Positions 8,541-18,100 of a stretch of DNA of 32,000 bases are shown here, in pieces (the stretch's first letter is position 1; the number at the start of each line of letters is the position of its first letter). The stretch covers positions 1-32,000 of the forward strand of contig NZ_JAYKGW010000050.1 of assembly GCF_035285525.1 (NCBI RefSeq). The letters run 5' to 3'. A program made the position numbers and the translations under genes. A model generated the notes under the pieces. The model saw only the letters and a program-made list of their open reading frames with translations, made no database searches and was not told where the DNA came from. Source of the DNA: Okeania sp. (GTDB lineage Bacteria; Cyanobacteriota; Cyanobacteriia; Cyanobacteriales; Microcoleaceae).

Positions 8541-10691
8541 TTAATCCCAATTAAATTTCATGCCAAGATACTCTTCTAATTTTTGATTATGGGGTTGAAA
8601 TAATTCAGAAAGTTGACCGCGCAAATGAGTATCTATTGGAGGATAAGAACCAGGGTAGTAATTTTTATATTCTAAAAGTTGATAATTTGGTAAACCTAGA
8701 AAATCAAAAACTTGTTTAGTTGTCGCTGCCGGATTTTCATACATATCCTCACTCTTTAATATTAAAAACTGTTTTCTTGGAAATATATTCATCCATTCTT
8801 GGAGAAAATATAGATATAAACCTAGACCTAAATACCTAGTTTTTTTACCTTGGAGAAAACTAGGACTGGTTTGAGACTGATTTATCATTTTTTGCAATAT
8901 TTTTGTTTCTAAAGCTACTACTTCTGCAAAACTTCTTTGTTCTTGTCCTAGTCGTTTATCCATATAGTAGTGAGAAACAGCTCTTTCTATAGGATTTCTC
9001 AATATAGCAATTAACTTAATGTTGGGAAAATAACTAAATACTTTACTTGCTGCTTCTACAGAATAAATATAGTTAGGAGTTGCTTCTCCTGTCAGAAAGT
9101 TTTGCTGTTCTGGAATAGCTGGAAATTGGGATAAATACCAATTAATTGTCTTGTAAGAATTAACATGAAAAAAGTACAGTTCTTTTTCTACAGCAGGTAA
9201 AACTGAGGGATGTTTAGCTAGATAAAAATAAAGAGATGATGTACCACCTTTAATTGCACCAATAATCAAAAAATTTGGTTTGCCTACTCCTGTTCTTTCT
9301 CCATATTTATTGATAAATTCTGGATGAGTTTGTGCTAATTTTAAGTGTAAAACTTTTTGATAGTAACTGGTAGCCTCCTGAATTTTATTTTGTTTAGCTA
9401 AAATATTCGCTAAATTCAGATAATGCTCAGGAAATTTTGGCTTAATCTCAATAGCTTCTTGGTAACAGTTAATCAATTTATTTAATTGATTTTGATCTAA
9501 TTTAACTAACTGGTAACTATGAATCGATCTGAGCTTATTATAAGCCATAAAAAAATCAGGTTGTAGTTGAATAGCTTTAATATAACAAGCGATCGCCTCA
9601 TCTGAATTTCCTGTTTCTAAAAGAGCGTCTCCTAAGTCTTTATTAAACCAAGCTAAATCTGACTTTAAATTGATAGCTTTTTGATAATAAATAATTGCTT
9701 CATCTATTAATCCTTTTTTGTGCAGCACATATCCTAACTGATAATAAAACCAATAATAGTCAGGATTTTTTTTCAGAGCAAGTTTATAGTTGACGACTGC
9801 TTCATCCCATTTTTTTGTTTTGAGTAATACTTCCCATAAATTATGGTAGTACCAATAAAAATCCGGCTGAATATCTATAGCTTTTTGATAAGCTAAAACT
9901 GCTTCATCCCACTTTTTTAGTTTGCTTAAAGCTTTCCCTAAACTGTTGTAATCATTTGGGATATTTGGGTTTATCTTTATCGCATATTCATAAGCAGTTA
10001 CAGCTTCATCCCACCTTTTGAGTTCTATTAAAACCTCACCTAAATTTTTATATAACTCCTCAGAATTAGAATTAGTCTTAGTGGCACGACGATAATAAAC
10101 CACAGCTTCATCCCATCGTTTTAATTCCTTTAATGCTTTGGCAATTTTGTGATAAGACCAGGGAAAATTTGGTTCTAATTCCATGAATTTATCATAATTA
10201 TTTACAGCTTCATCCCACTTTTGTAATTGGATTAATACTTCTGCAAGTTTGTGATAAGACCAAGGAAAATCTGGTTTTAATTCTATAACTTTGCGAAAAG
10301 CAATTGCCGCTTCGTTCCACTTTTTCAGTTCCATCAATGCTGTGCCTAATTTTTGGTAATACCAAGGAAAATTAGGATTATTCTTGATAGCATTGCGGTA
10401 ACTAATGGTTGCTAAATCCCACTTTTTTTCTTGAAAATATAGATTAGCTAGATTAGAATGAGATTGACTAAAATGGGGATTAATTACAATGGCTTTTTGA
10501 TAATATTCCTGGGCTAATTCTTGATTGCCCATAGCTTCAAGTACCTGGCCTTTAGTATTACAAACTAACGCCAAATATTCTAGTTTTTCTAATGCTTGAT
10601 TACAAAATATCTCAGCTTCATTTAATTTTCCTTCTGCTAAACAAGATTGTGCTTTCTGGTTTAAATCTATTACTGATATTTCCTGGTTCAC
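8541..10691 (-). CDS. TPR-repeat protein with C-terminal sulfotransferase domain (paralog 3)
   Basis: 716 aa with a TPR array (KWDEAV..Y...I...P.F.W.YH.L). Sulfotransferase motifs are FLIIGAIKGGTSSL, TGEATPNY and LRNPIERAVSHY. C-terminus is LEEYLGMKFNWD. Confidence 0.9.
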   Translation of the reverse strand: MNQEISVIDLNQKAQSCLAEGKLNEAEIFCNQALEKLEYLALVCNTKGQVLEAMGNQELAQEYYQKAIVINPHFSQSHSNLANLYFQEKKWDLATISYRNAIKNNPNFPWYYQKLGTALMELKKWNEAAIAFRKVIELKPDFPWSYHKLAEVLIQLQKWDEAVNNYDKFMELEPNFPWSYHKIAKALKELKRWDEAVVYYRRATKTNSNSEELYKNLGEVLIELKRWDEAVTAYEYAIKINPNIPNDYNSLGKALSKLKKWDEAVLAYQKAIDIQPDFYWYYHNLWEVLLKTKKWDEAVVNYKLALKKNPDYYWFYYQLGYVLHKKGLIDEAIIYYQKAINLKSDLAWFNKDLGDALLETGNSDEAIACYIKAIQLQPDFFMAYNKLRSIHSYQLVKLDQNQLNKLINCYQEAIEIKPKFPEHYLNLANILAKQNKIQEATSYYQKVLHLKLAQTHPEFINKYGERTGVGKPNFLIIGAIKGGTSSLYFYLAKHPSVLPAVEKELYFFHVNSYKTINWYLSQFPAIPEQQNFLTGEATPNYIYSVEAASKVFSYFPNIKLIAILRNPIERAVSHYYMDKRLGQEQRSFAEVVALETKILQKMINQSQTSPSFLQGKKTRYLGLGLYLYFLQEWMNIFPRKQFLILKSEDMYENPAATTKQVFDFLGLPNYQLLEYKNYYPGSYPPIDTHLRGQLSELFQPHNQKLEEYLGMKFNWD

Positions 10692-10736
10692 AGTATTTTC
10701 TCCTGGTAATTATCTATTACAGCCGATTCTACTTTT

Positions 10737-10822
10737 GTGAGGTACACCCACGCGGGCTAGGAACTTTTAATTATTAATCTTAATATTTGTACTTCTTATA
10801 CTTGGAATCTGCTGTAAATATA
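10737..10822 (-). promoter_or_regulatory. Second copy of conserved upstream block (see 5766-5870)
   Basis: GTGAGGTACACCCACGCGGGC plus TTATTAATCTTAATATTTGTACTTCTTATACTTGGAATCTGCTGTAAATATA lie 46-130 nt upstream of the 10691 start. Confidence 0.35.
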
Positions 10823-10983
10823 CAGCAAGCATTCAGCTATTAACATTCAGCTATCAGCTTTTAAAATAATTCAGCAAAGACTAAGATTAACTGACAGAAA
10901 TATTTCATTGATAACTTTTAATTCTCGTTAGATTGATACCTTATAAGTTTTTGTCTTATCTAAACTGTAATACTTACCAAAAA

Positions 10984-12906
10984 TCAAGGGTATTCTTTTT
11001 CAAGTATTTCAGAAACTGTCTTAAACTTATAACCTTGAACTGTCAATGTTTCAAGAATAATTTCTGTTGCTTTTACTGTTTTGGTACGATTATCGTGCAT
11101 TAAAATAATTGCACCTGGTCTAGCATTTTCTATGACATAATTAGCAATTGTTTCCCAGTCATTTTCTTTTACATAATCCTTCGAGTCAATATTCCACAGA
11201 ATCATTTTCTTTTTCATCTCTAATATCATATCAATTAGAGAGAAACTACTCAGACCAAAAGGAGGTCGAAATCTAATTTTATGAGTAACACCTAACTGCT
11301 GTAAAATTTCATCAGTTTTGGCAATTTCTGCTTTGATTAATTCTGGAGATTCCTGAGATAAATCTAAATGAGAATAGGAGTGATTAGCTAATTCATGCCC
11401 TTTAGCTAATATTAATTTCCCTAATTTTAGATGATTTTTCAGATTTTTACCAAGAGCAAAGAACGTAGCTTGAGCTTGATAAAAATCTAATATATTGAGA
11501 ATTTGATTAGTATAGGGAGGATTCGGCCCATCATCATAAGTTAAGGCAATTACCTTTTCTTTTATAGATACTTGTTTAATCCCAAAAAATTCATAATTTG
11601 GTTTTATTTCTAAAACTTTTTGGAAACATTTTCTGGCTTCAGACCATTTTTCTTGTCGCATATAAATATCTACTAATGCTTCATAGCTTGAAAAAGATTC
11701 TGGAAAGATTTGTAAGGTTTTTTGATAATTAGTTATTGCTGCTTCTAGCTGACCTAATGTTTGGAGAACATCCCCTAATTTTTTGTATAGTTTTTCTGTT
11801 GGTTGATAACTAATAGCTTGTTGATATATTGCTACAGCATCAGACCATTTTTTTTGTTTCGTTAAAGCTTCTCCTAAACCATAGTAAGACCAATCAGAAT
11901 CTGGTTTAATTTTAATTGCTTGACGGTAGGCAGATATGGCTTCATTCCATCTTTTTAGTTGTAGAAAAGTATTTCCTAAATTGTGGTGAGCAAAATGTAA
12001 GTTAGGGTTAATTTCAATTGCCTGTTGATAAGCTGTTATAGCTTCTTCATATCTAGATAGTTTAGATAGAGCTTTTCCTAAATTATAATAATACCAATAA
12101 TTATTCGGATGAATTTCAATAGCATTTTGATATATTTCTACAGCTTCCGACCACTTTTCTAGTTTGATGAATTTTTCTCCTAACTCAGTATATAACTTAG
12201 GATTAATATTCACTGCTTGACGATAAGCTGCTAAAACTTCTGCCCAATTTTCGAGTTTTATTAAGGCATCCCCTAGATTTTTGTAAGCTAAATCTATATC
12301 TGGTTTAAGTTTGATAAAGTGACGATAAGCACTAACAGCTTCCTCCCACTTTTTTAGTTTTATAAAAGCTTGCGCCAGTTTATTATAAGGCCAAGGAAAA
12401 TTTGGTTTGATTTTAATAAAATTACGATAGGCATTAATAGCTTCCTCCCAATTTTTCAGTTCCATAAAAGCATCACCTAGTTTATTGTAAGACCAGGGAA
12501 AATTTGGTTCTATTGCTATAACTTTACGATAGGCATCAACAGCTTCATCCCATCGTTTTAACTGTAGTAATGCTTCTCCTAATTTAGGGTAATACCAAGG
12601 AAAATTAGGATTTAGTTCTGTAGCTTTTTTATAAGCAATCACAGCTTCATCCCATCGTTTTAACTGTAGTAATGCTTCTCCTAATTTGTGGTAAATTTCT
12701 CCCTTATTTGGGTTTAACTGAATTGCTTGATTATAATGTTCAATTGCTGCTTGCCATTGTTGCTGTTGGGAAAATAAATCACCTAAATTAATATAAGGTT
12801 CTACTAGGTTAAAATTCATAATGATTACTTTTTGATAATATTCCTGAGTTAATTTTTGGACAGAACTATTTGAAGAATTAAAAATGCTCAAACCTTTAGA
12901 TTTCAA
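10984..12906 (-). CDS. TPR-repeat protein with C-terminal CE4 (NodB-type) polysaccharide deacetylase domain
   Basis: 640 aa. After ~430 aa of TPR, all five CE4 motifs are present: LTYDDGP, ANHSYSH, RFRPPFG, WNIDSKDY and IILMHD. No signal peptide. Confidence 0.9.
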   Translation of the reverse strand: MKSKGLSIFNSSNSSVQKLTQEYYQKVIIMNFNLVEPYINLGDLFSQQQQWQAAIEHYNQAIQLNPNKGEIYHKLGEALLQLKRWDEAVIAYKKATELNPNFPWYYPKLGEALLQLKRWDEAVDAYRKVIAIEPNFPWSYNKLGDAFMELKNWEEAINAYRNFIKIKPNFPWPYNKLAQAFIKLKKWEEAVSAYRHFIKLKPDIDLAYKNLGDALIKLENWAEVLAAYRQAVNINPKLYTELGEKFIKLEKWSEAVEIYQNAIEIHPNNYWYYYNLGKALSKLSRYEEAITAYQQAIEINPNLHFAHHNLGNTFLQLKRWNEAISAYRQAIKIKPDSDWSYYGLGEALTKQKKWSDAVAIYQQAISYQPTEKLYKKLGDVLQTLGQLEAAITNYQKTLQIFPESFSSYEALVDIYMRQEKWSEARKCFQKVLEIKPNYEFFGIKQVSIKEKVIALTYDDGPNPPYTNQILNILDFYQAQATFFALGKNLKNHLKLGKLILAKGHELANHSYSHLDLSQESPELIKAEIAKTDEILQQLGVTHKIRFRPPFGLSSFSLIDMILEMKKKMILWNIDSKDYVKENDWETIANYVIENARPGAIILMHDNRTKTVKATEIILETLTVQGYKFKTVSEILEKEYP

Positions 12907-12933
12907 TACTTTTGGATTTAATCAGCAGAGCAA

Positions 12934-12968
12934 TAATTATTAATTATTAATTATTAATTATTCATTAT
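12934..12968. repeat. Heptamer repeat (TAATTAT)x5 spanning the stop codon of the 12954-14753 gene
   Basis: Four perfect units and one variant unit. It overlaps the ...GIMNN* end of the upstream gene and fills most of the 47-bp spacer to the next gene. Confidence 0.85.
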
Positions 12969-14753
12969 TCCGGCTTTTTTGTATAAATAAGATAAGAGTG
13001 TATTGCTAGAAATAATCTCTGCTTTACTAACATTTTTCAATGGTTCAAACATAAACTTGTTATAAAGAGGACAGAACAAGTAATTTTTGACATTTAATTT
13101 TCCTGGTTTAAGAAACTTTTCCCACTCTTTCCAGGGTACTAACCAAGCCCTTAATTTAACATTATAATATTTATAATTTTTAGCTTCTTTACATATTAAT
13201 TCTTTTCCTAATTCAGTCCATGAGATATGTTTTCCTGAGTCAAAAATAGCCTCAATTTGATTAATACAAGTTTGCAAAAAATTATGTTGAGGACGAGCAG
13301 CAAAGGATGTCAGAGCAAATGCTGAACCCAAAGTTACTAAATCAAAATCTTTTAAATGAGATATAAAATTAGTATAGAGATTTTTAAACACAATTGTATC
13401 TAGATCAATCCACATTCCTCCATTATCATTTAATAACTTTATTCTTAGGTAATCTGCTTTATGTGCTGGTAATAATGTTTTGGTAAAAATTCGAGGATGA
13501 ATTTCTTTGAGATATGCTTTAACATTTTGAGGATTAACTAAAATAACATCTGCTAAACCAGAATGAATTTTCATTGTTTCTAAGCATAATTTTAAGTAGT
13601 CTGGCATTTCTTGAGAATAGACATTTTCCCAATATACCCAGATAGTTTTGGGAATATAAGATTCATCTACTTGTTTCAGGGCATAACCTAATTTTTCATG
13701 GAATAAATAGTTATTTGGTTTAATTTTTGTAGCTGTTTGATAAGCTGTTATAGATTCATCCCATTTTTCTTTTTGAGCAAGAGCATCTCCTAAAATTTGA
13801 TAAAACGAAGGTAAATTTGGATTGGTTTCTATCACAGTTTGACACTCTATAATAGCTGCATCTAATTTTCCTATTTTTAGTTTAATTTCAGCTAATTTTC
13901 GCCGAATTTCCCAAATATCTGATTTGATTTCTATCACTTTTTGATAATATTTTTCTGCTGATTCTAAGTCTCCCTTTTGCTCAAAAATATCTCCTAATTT
14001 TTTGTAAGACCAGGGAAAATTAGGGTTAATTTCTATAGCCAGGCGAAAATTACTAATAGCTAAATTTAATTCTCCTCTTTCTTGAAATATTTTCCCTAGT
14101 TTATGGTGAACTGCCCAAAAGTCAGGTTTCAATTCAATTGCTTTTTGATAATAATTTATTGCCCCGTTGAAGTCTTTTGTTTTCAGTGAAATATCTCCTA
14201 AATTTTGATAAGCATTTGCCAAAAAAGGATTTAATTCTATGGCTTTCTGGAAATAAGCGATCGCCTCTTCTATCTCATCATTTTCTAAACAGTTTTTTCC
14301 CTGTTTTAAATATTCTGATGCTTGAGGATAATATGCTTCTAAAGTCAATGCTTGTTCTTGACAATCTCTAGCTAATTCAACTTTTCCTAATTCCTGCCAA
14401 ATTTTTCCTAAATTCCGATAAAAACCAGGAATATTTGGTTTAATTCCTATCGCTTCTCGGTAACATTCAATTGCTAACTGCCATTGTTTTTGTTGTGCAT
14501 ATATACTCCCTAAATTAGCATAGCTCTCTGCTAAATTTGGTTGTTGATTTATGGCTTTTATGTACCACTCTTTGGCTTGATTTATTTCACCCATTTTTTG
14601 CAGAATATTTCCCAATATTTTACAGGTAGGTGGAAAATCAAGCTCTATTTCTAATACTTGCTGACAAGCTGTTATTGCCTCTTCTAATTTTCCTTGAGTT
14701 AAATATATTTCTGCTTTTTGATTTAAGTGAATTACTGAGATTATCTTGCCCAT
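12954..14753 (-). CDS. TPR-repeat protein with C-terminal DXD glycosyltransferase-like domain (GT32 / capsular-polysaccharide-synthesis-like)
   Basis: 599 aa. About 370 aa of TPR are followed by IPKTIWVYWEN...HKADYLRIKLLNDNGGMWIDLDTIV. This matches the 'ADxxRxxxLxxxGGxYxDxD' sugar-binding signature of GT32/Gly_transf_sug-type enzymes. The family assignment is from memory of the motif only. Confidence 0.75.
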   Translation of the reverse strand: MGKIISVIHLNQKAEIYLTQGKLEEAITACQQVLEIELDFPPTCKILGNILQKMGEINQAKEWYIKAINQQPNLAESYANLGSIYAQQKQWQLAIECYREAIGIKPNIPGFYRNLGKIWQELGKVELARDCQEQALTLEAYYPQASEYLKQGKNCLENDEIEEAIAYFQKAIELNPFLANAYQNLGDISLKTKDFNGAINYYQKAIELKPDFWAVHHKLGKIFQERGELNLAISNFRLAIEINPNFPWSYKKLGDIFEQKGDLESAEKYYQKVIEIKSDIWEIRRKLAEIKLKIGKLDAAIIECQTVIETNPNLPSFYQILGDALAQKEKWDESITAYQTATKIKPNNYLFHEKLGYALKQVDESYIPKTIWVYWENVYSQEMPDYLKLCLETMKIHSGLADVILVNPQNVKAYLKEIHPRIFTKTLLPAHKADYLRIKLLNDNGGMWIDLDTIVFKNLYTNFISHLKDFDLVTLGSAFALTSFAARPQHNFLQTCINQIEAIFDSGKHISWTELGKELICKEAKNYKYYNVKLRAWLVPWKEWEKFLKPGKLNVKNYLFCPLYNKFMFEPLKNVSKAEIISSNTLLSYLYKKAGIMNN

Positions 14754-15188
14754 TGTTTTATTTTTGATAAATATTCGTGATATTTAAGTTGATTACTAAG
14801 TTGATAATTAAGGTAAGATGATTAGTGATTTTAGCATAAAGTTAAAAGTTAACTAGCTATGAGCTTTTAGCAGCTCTGGGTTAAAATACTCTGCTTCTAT
14901 CAGCAGGGAACCAACTACTAAAATTAGCTAATAATCTTTTTATTCATAACTTTTAATTGTCCCTAGACATTTATTCCTCCTGCCAATAAAATTAGTTAAT
15001 CACTATAACAAGGGTAAATTATTTGTGAAAAACATTGTAGGGTTTTTGTCAGATCAAGCTCATTTTCAGTTGGATGTGGAGACCAAACTACTACAATAAA
15101 ATCTTACAACCAGTTTAGGATTGCTATAATTACTGATAACTAATAGCTGAATACTTACAAATACACAACTATAATATTACAAACTTTT

Positions 15189-18100
15189 ATGACTCCTAAA
15201 GTAAGCGTAATTATTCCGGTTTATAACTGTGAACTTTACATCGCCCAAGCAATTGAAAGTGTCTTGAATCAAACTTATACTGACTATGAAATTATTGTTA
15301 TCAATGATGGTTCCACAGATAATACCTATCAAATATTACAACCATACATGACAAAAATTCGTTATTTTTATCAAGAGAATAAAGGATTATCTGCTACTCG
15401 TAACCAAGGCATAAAAATGGCAAAAGGAGAATTAATTGCTCTTCTGGATGCTGATGATTTATTTCTGTCTGATAAACTTGAAAAACAAGTAGCTATTTTT
15501 GATGCTCAACCAAATATAGGTTTAGTACAAAGTGGGTGGCGAGTTGTTAATGAAAAAGGAGAAAAAATTGAAGATGTTGAACCTTGGCATAAATCTCCAG
15601 AATTAGATTTAGTAAGTTGGTTAAAATGGAAAGCTACTAATCCTAGTAGTATGATGTTTCGGAAGGAATGGTTGGAAAGAGTAAATGGGTTTAATGAAGA
15701 GTTTCGTAGATTAGAAGATTTTGACATAGTAATTCGATTAGCTTTAGCAGGTTGTCAAGCTACTTGGTTTCCTAAAGTTGCTGTCTGTTATCGTCAACAT
15801 AGTGGCAATATGACCAGAAATTTACTTGCTCAAATAGCAGTAGAGGAAAAAATTTTAGATGAGCTTTTTTCTAATTCTAATCTACCTTTAGAAATTCAAC
15901 ATTTAGAAAGAGAATTACGCTACGGTTCTCTAATTTGGAATTGTTGGTGTTTATATAAATCTGGCTACTTTGCTGAAATGGCTGATTATTTGCATAAATC
16001 TTTAAATTTTTCTCCTGTTTCTGTGCTTAAAACTATCTGTGAATGGCTCTATTATTTTCACTATTATGCTTCTCTAGAAAACTATTCATTTAATTCAGTT
16101 TCTTTGAATCAAATACCAGAGTGGCAATTTTTAATAAATAAAATTATGCCAAATGGTTTACCATTGGTGAGCGTGGTTATTCCGACTTTTAATAATGCTG
16201 ATTATATTGTTAAAGCTATTGAAAGTGTTTTTGCTCAAACTTATACTTTTTGGGAGATTATTGTTGTTGATGATGGTTCTACCGATCGTACTTACCAAGT
16301 TTTAGAATCTTACCTTAATCAAATAGACTTTTTGCCAAATTTTCCAACAGGAAATAGACTACAGAAAACAGAGAGAAGTCAAAATTTACCTTCCGACTTT
16401 TCCCAGAACTTTCCAACAGGAAACAGACAAGAGAAACCAGGAGCAAATTTTCCCGAAACAGAGAGTAGTCAAAATTTACCTTCTGACTTTTCCCAGAACT
16501 TTCCAACAGGAAACAGACTACAGGAAACAGAGAGTAGTCAAAATTTACCTTCCGACTTTTCCCAGAACTTTCCAACAGGAAACAGACTACAGGAAACAGA
16601 GAGTAGTCAAAATTTACCTTCCGACTTTTCCCAGAACTTTCCAATAGGAAACAGACTACAGGAAACAGAGAGTAGTCAAAATTTACCTTCCGACTTTTCC
16701 CAGAACTTTCCAATAGGAAACAGACAAGAGAAACCAGGAGCAAATTTTCAGGAAACCGGAAGTAACCAAGATTTAACTTTAGACTTTTTGTCAAACTCTT
16801 CCACAGGAAATAAACAAGAGGAAGCCGATAAAAATATTCAGAAAAAAGAGAGTAATCAAAATTCAACTTTGACATTTGCCAGAGGTCTAATTAAATATGT
16901 ATATCAAGAAAATCAAGGACCATCAATCGCTCGGAATTATGGTATAGAAATAGCTCAGGGAAAATATATCGCCTTTCTCGATGCAGATGACTTTTTTCTA
17001 CCCGAAAAATTAGCCGAACAAGTAGGATGTTTTGCAGAAGATTCAACTTTAACAATGGTGCAAACTGGGTGGAGATTTGTTGATGAGAAAGGTCAGACTA
17101 TTAAAGATGTAAAACCCTGGGAAAATAGTACGGAATTAGACTTAGAAAATTGGTTAATTTGGCAAGCGACTTTACCCAGTGCGATGATGTTTAAAAGTGA
17201 ATGGTTAAAAGTTAATGGTGGGTTTGACAAACGATATTTTGGCATTGAGGATTTAGAAATAGTTTTGCGGTTAGCTTTAACCGGAGGAAAAGCGACTTGG
17301 TTACGCAAAGTTTGTGTTTGTTATCGACAGCGTAGTAGTAGTGTCTCTGGTTTGGATAATCGACAAAAAATTACTCAGGAATTAGAAAAATTATTAGATG
17401 ATTTTTTCGATAAACCTAATTTACCTACTGCCATACGTCAAATAGAAAACCAGATAAAATATCGGTCTCTACTTTGGAATTGTTGGCGTTTATATAAGGC
17501 TGGTAATTTATCAGAAATGGCTACTTATTTGCAGAAGTCTTTGAGTTATACTTCTGATTCTCCCACAACAGCAATTTGTACTTGGATAGAATTATTTACT
17601 AAGCTAGATAGTCAAGAAGGAAATCAATTTAATGCTTATAGTTTTAGTCAGTTGCCAGAATGGAAAAAATTAATTAGTAATATTTTTAATCCAGTTGTGC
17701 CGAGGGTAAGTGTAATTATTGCCACCTACAATAATGCTAACTATATTTTAGAGGCGATCGCCAGTATTTTTAATCAAACTTATACGTCTTACGAAATAAT
17801 AGTTATTGATGATGGCTCTACTGATAATACTCGTCAAATTTTAGAACCTTATTTAGATAAAATTCGCTATGTTTATCAAGAAAATAAAGGAGTCTCTCAC
17901 GCCAGAAATTTAGGTTTAGAAATGGCGCAGGGAGAATTTATTTCTTTTCTTGATGCTGATGACTTTTTCCTACCAGATAAACTGGCAAAACAAGTAGCTG
18001 TTTTTGATAGTCGTCCTTCTCTAGGAATTGTTCATAGTGGGTGGCGTTTAATTAATGAAAAAGGAGAGAAAATTTCGGATATAGAATTATGGCATGGTTC

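Noticed and set aside
16315-16875. 186-aa minus-strand ORF and a possible CRISPR-like array in the same place
   Set aside because: The ORF is the antisense shadow of the in-frame coding tandem repeat inside the GT2 gene, and its own sequence is just the repeated antisense reading. It is not a CRISPR array. The units are contiguous 69/90-bp repeats with no unique spacers, they are all in frame with a long ORF whose flanks are clearly GT2, and no cas genes are present.
7915-17308. Short track ORFs antisense to or inside long genes (7915-8100, 10592-10777, 14177-14371, 15506-15727, 17093-17308)
   Set aside because: Each lies wholly within, or opposite to, a long ORF with strong domain evidence. 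The translations are low-complexity Leu/Phe/Asn-rich, as expected from AT-rich antisense frames.
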